From Promethearchaeota archaeon (GTDB taxonomy: Archaea > Asgardarchaeota > Lokiarchaeia > Sigyniarchaeales > SOKP01), in assembly GCA_030599585.1 (NCBI GenBank), contig JAUVNS010000004.1:287087-351086 (forward strand): a stretch of DNA of 64,000 nucleotides, written 5' to 3'. Shown one piece after another: positions 60,400-64,000 of the stretch. Within the stretch, counting starts at the first letter, position 1, and every line of letters starts with the position of its first letter. A program made the translations under genes and the position numbers. Under the pieces are notes generated by a model. The model searched no databases. It saw only the letters and a program-made list of their open reading frames with translations, and was not told the origin of the DNA.

Positions 60400-61296
60400 A
60401 CGTCTGATTTAACTTATTTTATAGGAATTATTTTCGCACTCTTAGCGGGGATTGTAGTTTACATTGGAGTTCTTATTCAAAAATCTGTTATAAATAAACA
60501 TTCCAGTGACCCAAAATTTATCAGAAGTCTTGCTAAAAACCCAATATGGATCATGGGGCTTCTATTACAAATTGTAATCGGAGGGCTTGTTTTTTATTTT
60601 ATTGCAATTATTTTTATAGGGCCTGCCATCGTTCCAGGTCTAATGTCTGTAGGATTAATAGTTCTTGCGTTAGGTTCTGTTAAAATGTTAAAAGAAACAT
60701 TGGGTAAAGAAGAGATTATTGGGATATTGCTAATGATTGGTGGGGTTTCTTTACTTGGTTTAAGCAATTTATCAATTGATGTTTCTACGTTTAATATTCT
60801 TAATTCGGGTTTCATTTTTAGAATAGTTGTGTTCACGATTGTTGTTCTTTCTTTAGCAATTTTGTTTGAAATTTTACGTCGAAAACACGAGAAATTTAAA
60901 GGCTTGTTAATGGCAATCGAGGCGGGTTTAATTCTTTCTCTTAATACCGTTTGGGCGAGTCCTGGAACAACAGTTGTAACTCACGTGATTTATGGAATTA
61001 TAATAAACGAAGAAATTATTTTTGGGATTATAATTGGTATCATTCTTCTCCTCATAGTTGCCATTGGAATCACTATAGGGCAAATTTCTCTTAAATACGG
61101 GCAAGCTAATATTTTAGCACCATTAACAAGTGTCCCAATCCAGATAATACCCGTAATTTCTTTTTTTATTGTATTTTTATCGACACCCCCAAGTGTTCTC
61201 TCAGTTATCTTCATGATAATTGGATTCACATTAATTATTATTAGTTCCTTTTTGCTTACTAAAAAACAAGCTAAGCGTGAAAAAATTAGTATTTAG
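60400..61296 (+). CDS. DMT-superfamily membrane transporter (NIPA/Mg-transporter-like)
   Basis: Frame is open from 60397. It encodes a first TM (FIGIIFALLAG...G.LIQK) and KNP.W..G upstream of the track ATG at 60553; also L.E.L...E..G..L...G and G.A....P. Confidence 0.75.
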   Translation, partial: TSDLTYFIGIIFALLAGIVVYIGVLIQKSVINKHSSDPKFIRSLAKNPIWIMGLLLQIVIGGLVFYFIAIIFIGPAIVPGLMSVGLIVLALGSVKMLKETLGKEEIIGILLMIGGVSLLGLSNLSIDVSTFNILNSGFIFRIVVFTIVVLSLAILFEILRRKHEKFKGLLMAIEAGLILSLNTVWASPGTTVVTHVIYGIIINEEIIFGIIIGIILLLIVAIGITIGQISLKYGQANILAPLTSVPIQIIPVISFFIVFLSTPPSVLSVIFMIIGFTLIIISSFLLTKKQAKREKISI

Positions 61297-61446
61297 TACA
61301 AATTGAATTAATGTAATCCGTCCTACGAACTCTGCATTTAAATGTCAAGATTATAATTAACAACTAATATATGATAATTTCCTATCCCAAAAAATTCATA
61401 CAAATTTAACTCTTCCCAATCTTGTTATTATATATTAACCAATATA

Positions 61447-62904
61447 ATGACTCAACAATTAACTGTAAAAAAGGGTAAAAAGGTAACTAAATCAGAAAAA
61501 TCTAAGTTTAAAATCAAAAGAAGAAATATATATTACTTAATAGATCTTGGGTTAGTAGTTAGTTTTATTCTATTTTTTTCAACAGGATTATTAAAACTTC
61601 TTGATATCTACGGTTACATTTTTTATCCTTTTGGGTTTTTAGTTAACACCTCAATTATTCATAATTGGAGTGGTTTAATTTTTGGAATAGTTGCATCATC
61701 CCATACGGTATTACACATGAAATGGTTTGTACAAAAGATTAGACAGGCTCGACGAAGAACCAAAGGTCTTAAACTTAAACGCTATGGAAATAGTGGTCGA
61801 AGAATTTTCACTTATATTCTTAACATAACACTTGCTATATCTTCAATAATACTCCTAGTTACTGCAATTCTTAAACTTCCTGGTATACTAGCTCAATTGG
61901 GGTTATATCCTCACTATTCTTTTAGTCTTACGCTTTTGCATGATTGGAACGGGTTTATTTTTGGTTTGTTGGTATCGATTCATTTTGTGCTACATTGGAA
62001 GTGGTTAGTTGCAATAACTCGAAATGTATGGACAAGACTAAAATATGGAAAAATCATCATGATTTTAAGTGTAGTAATAGTTCTTGCCTTTCCAATGGTT
62101 CCCTATAGTATAAATTTATTAAATTCAAATAAACCAAAAACTGAAGGTATTAACATCCAATTGATTGGTAGGTTCTATTTTAACCCCGAAGATATAGAAA
62201 CTGTAAGACCCGATATTTTCAAGAATGATCACTTCTCTATATTCGATGTTTTAGTCCATTTGGACAAAGTAGGGGAAATACAAATGCTTTATCACTTTAG
62301 CGCTGATCATAACACATATGTGATAGATTCAATAAATGGAATGCAAGATTGGTGGTATTATGCGTATTATGATGGAGGCTGGAAAGAAAATAATGTTTTT
62401 CGGATTGATCACTACCCTTATAAACCAAAAATGGCGATGACTATATTCCAAAAACAAGCAGGATTACAGCCTATTTACAATACATATCTTCAGGAAAATT
62501 CTCGATTAAATAATAATTCTGGCATTAGAATTATCCCAGATGTTTATATCGTAGGATCTAATGGTGTGGAGCTACTTTTTCATAATGTAGAAGTAACTGC
62601 TCATAACCTAAGAAATGATATTCTTCAAGATGGCGTGATAACGGCTATAGATGTTATCTTATCAATGGGTGACCAAGGATTATTAACATACGAACTAAAA
62701 TGGTACGATTCAATTGGAACAGCAGAAACGAGAAGTTATTGGGTTCATACCATAAACGGTGAGGAAAGCTATGGTAGATGCGGTTTTGTGTATGAAGAAG
62801 GAGACAACGATTTTATTCATAAAGATAACCATATCCACATTCCATCTGACATAAGAGTAATAAATTCCCCAGAATACATTGCTTACTTTTGGATTTGCAT
62901 TTAA
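61447..62904 (+). CDS. Membrane protein with two DUF4405-like (cytochrome-b-like) His-bearing TM hairpins and a duplicated extracellular domain
   Basis: IIHNWSG...SHTVLHMKW and LLHDWNG...IHFVLHWKW; fifth TM; repeats FDVL...YVIDSING...WWY and IDVI...YWVHTING...FVY. Confidence 0.7.
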   Translation: MTQQLTVKKGKKVTKSEKSKFKIKRRNIYYLIDLGLVVSFILFFSTGLLKLLDIYGYIFYPFGFLVNTSIIHNWSGLIFGIVASSHTVLHMKWFVQKIRQARRRTKGLKLKRYGNSGRRIFTYILNITLAISSIILLVTAILKLPGILAQLGLYPHYSFSLTLLHDWNGFIFGLLVSIHFVLHWKWLVAITRNVWTRLKYGKIIMILSVVIVLAFPMVPYSINLLNSNKPKTEGINIQLIGRFYFNPEDIETVRPDIFKNDHFSIFDVLVHLDKVGEIQMLYHFSADHNTYVIDSINGMQDWWYYAYYDGGWKENNVFRIDHYPYKPKMAMTIFQKQAGLQPIYNTYLQENSRLNNNSGIRIIPDVYIVGSNGVELLFHNVEVTAHNLRNDILQDGVITAIDVILSMGDQGLLTYELKWYDSIGTAETRSYWVHTINGEESYGRCGFVYEEGDNDFIHKDNHIHIPSDIRVINSPEYIAYFWICI

Positions 62905-62921
62905 AACAATTATTAATTAAT

Positions 62922-62940
62922 AAAAAAAAAAGAAAAAAAA
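62922..62940 (-). terminator. Oligo-U terminator downstream of histone A
   Basis: T8-C-T10 on the minus strand about 50 nt after the stop; a similar tract follows histone B. Confidence 0.6.
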
Positions 62941-62986
62941 TTTATTTTTTGCCAAACAATCAAGTCCAAGCAGATAAACCAATCAA

Positions 62987-63193
62987 CTAAATTAAATTGA
63001 TTGCGATTTTCATATCATTTTGTGTGACCTTCTTACGACCTGAATGTTTTGCTATGTCTAGAGCGCAGCCAGTTAATTCTTTTGCGTATTCTTCTAAATA
63101 ATCCATTAACTTATCTACTGCGGCTCTACTAACGATTTCGGCTCCCGCTTTTTTCATTAAAGCTCTAAGCGGACTCCATGCGAATGCTGCCAT
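62987..63193 (-). CDS. Archaeal histone (copy A, Gly52)
   Basis: P..R.MK.AGA..VS..A...L...LEE..........A...AKH..RK.V...D...A histone fold; start at 63193 matches the paralog and the SD. Confidence 0.96.
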   Translation of the reverse strand: MAAFAWSPLRALMKKAGAEIVSRAAVDKLMDYLEEYAKELTGCALDIAKHSGRKKVTQNDMKIAINLI

Positions 63194-63207
63194 GATTTTT
63201 TTAATTT

Positions 63208-63214
63208 CCTCCAC
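63208..63214 (-). promoter_or_regulatory. Shine-Dalgarno-like GTGGAGG upstream of histone A
   Basis: The same motif is found upstream of histone B (63976-63982) although flanking sequence differs. Confidence 0.7.
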
Positions 63215-63327
63215 GGATGTATAATATTGGTTAATTTCCCGCACTTTTTACAAGTTTGGGTTAAATTCTTTAATTTTTAATTTTTTAAAAAAATTTAAAG
63301 TATTTAAATTAAAATTGGTATTATTCC

Positions 63328-63335
63328 TATATAAA
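63328..63335 (-). promoter_or_regulatory. Candidate TATA box (TTTATATA) for histone A
   Basis: Matches the archaeal TATA consensus, but the AT-rich background makes this weak evidence. Confidence 0.35.
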
Positions 63336-63695
63336 TGTGTTGGTTGATCATTGTTTATCCGAGTAATTTTGTCATCCAATTATGGTCGACAAAAAGAATC
63401 TTTGTTGCTGAGAAAAAAAAAATTTAATAGCAAAATCAGATCGTAAAAAATGATCAAATGTTGACTTCGGTTGTAAATTTGGATTTGAAGTCGAACTTAA
63501 AACCTATTAATATTGTTGAGATCCTTGACGAGTTTTCAGAAAATATTCTTGTTAGTAAAAGATAGAGTAGGTTATAATATGAGACTTCAAATATTCAGTA
63601 TTTTTGAGCCACATATTCTAACCTACTTTTTTATTACTTCTAATCTATAGAAGTTAAGGCAGATTATCTAGATTATTATAAGGGAAAAGGTATTT

Positions 63696-63711
63696 AAAAA
63701 AAGAAAAAAAA
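63696..63711 (-). terminator. Oligo-U terminator downstream of histone B
   Basis: T8-C-T7 on the minus strand at the equivalent position. Confidence 0.6.
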
Positions 63712-63759
63712 GTATTTTTTTGTGCTAAACAAACAAGTCCAAACAGATAAATCGATCAA

Positions 63760-63966
63760 TTAAATTAAGTTGATTGCGATTTTCATATCATTTTGTGTGA
63801 CCTTCTTACGACGTGAGTGTTTTGCTATATCTAGCGCGCAACCTGTAAGTTCTTTGGCGTATTCTTCCAAATAATCCATTAACTTATCAACTGCGGCTCG
63901 ACTAACGATTTCGGCTCCCGCTTTTTTCATTAAAGCTCTAAGCGGACTCCATGCGAATGCTGCCAT
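63760..63966 (-). CDS. Archaeal histone (copy B, Arg52)
   Basis: 67/68 aa identical to copy A. Confidence 0.96.
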   Translation of the reverse strand: MAAFAWSPLRALMKKAGAEIVSRAAVDKLMDYLEEYAKELTGCALDIAKHSRRKKVTQNDMKIAINLI

Positions 63967-63975
63967 TATTTTATT

Positions 63976-63982
63976 CCTCCAC
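63976..63982 (-). promoter_or_regulatory. Shine-Dalgarno-like GTGGAGG upstream of histone B
   Basis: 9 nt upstream of the ATG at 63966. Confidence 0.7.
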
Positions 63983-64000
63983 TAATATTTTTTTGTTAAT

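Noticed and set aside
15536-60836. Other short overlapping or antisense track ORFs (e.g. 15536-15904, 22134-22439, 42035-42262, 44003-44407, 48311-48640, 50469-50798, 53276-53461, 60594-60836)
   Set aside because: Fully or largely nested in confidently identified genes on the opposite strand or in another frame.
63194-63244. 17-aa N-terminal 'tail' on histone A in the ORF track
   Set aside because: The paralog starts at MAAFAW and an SD motif lies within the extension, so it is most likely 5' UTR.
1-64000. tRNA/rRNA genes, CRISPR arrays, transposases or integrases
   Set aside because: No GC-rich structured intergenic blocks, spaced direct repeats or transposase motifs seen by eye; tRNAscan-SE or Infernal would be needed to exclude small RNAs.

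Overview
AT-rich, gene-dense archaeal chromosomal segment, most consistent with an Asgard archaeon (Lokiarchaeia-like). This placement is inferred from the gene mix: H4MPT C1 enzymes (ftr, mtd, mch), archaeal informational genes (glyS, RecJ/Cdc45-like, XPD, NurA, pus10-rpl21e-rpoF-DUF655-rsmA-HemK2, rpl35ae, two histones) and eukaryotic-signature-type proteins (two Rab-like GTPases, a Rag-like GTPase-roadblock fusion, two roadblock proteins, an ESCRT-III/Snf7 protein, a eukaryote-like presenilin). I saw no rRNA, tRNA, CRISPR array or mobile element. The best candidate for an undescribed system is at 40.8-43.6 kb: a 703-aa protein (cross-brace Zn finger, coiled coil, PH/GLUE-like domain, N/P/Q/Y-rich low-complexity region, Vps23/TSG101-like steadiness box) lies tail-to-tail with an ESCRT-III gene, suggesting an ESCRT-0/I-like adaptor module. 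Other notable items: three genes whose conserved N-termini lie upstream of any ATG/GTG/TTG (ATA/ACG starts or lesions), an XPD with a TFS/Rpb9-like Zn ribbon, a nucleoside/nucleotide kinase ending in a PIP-box-like motif, a Zn ribbon inserted into MTAP, a glycine cleavage operon between H4MPT genes, and tandem atypical histones. All family calls come from motif recognition by eye, not database searches.
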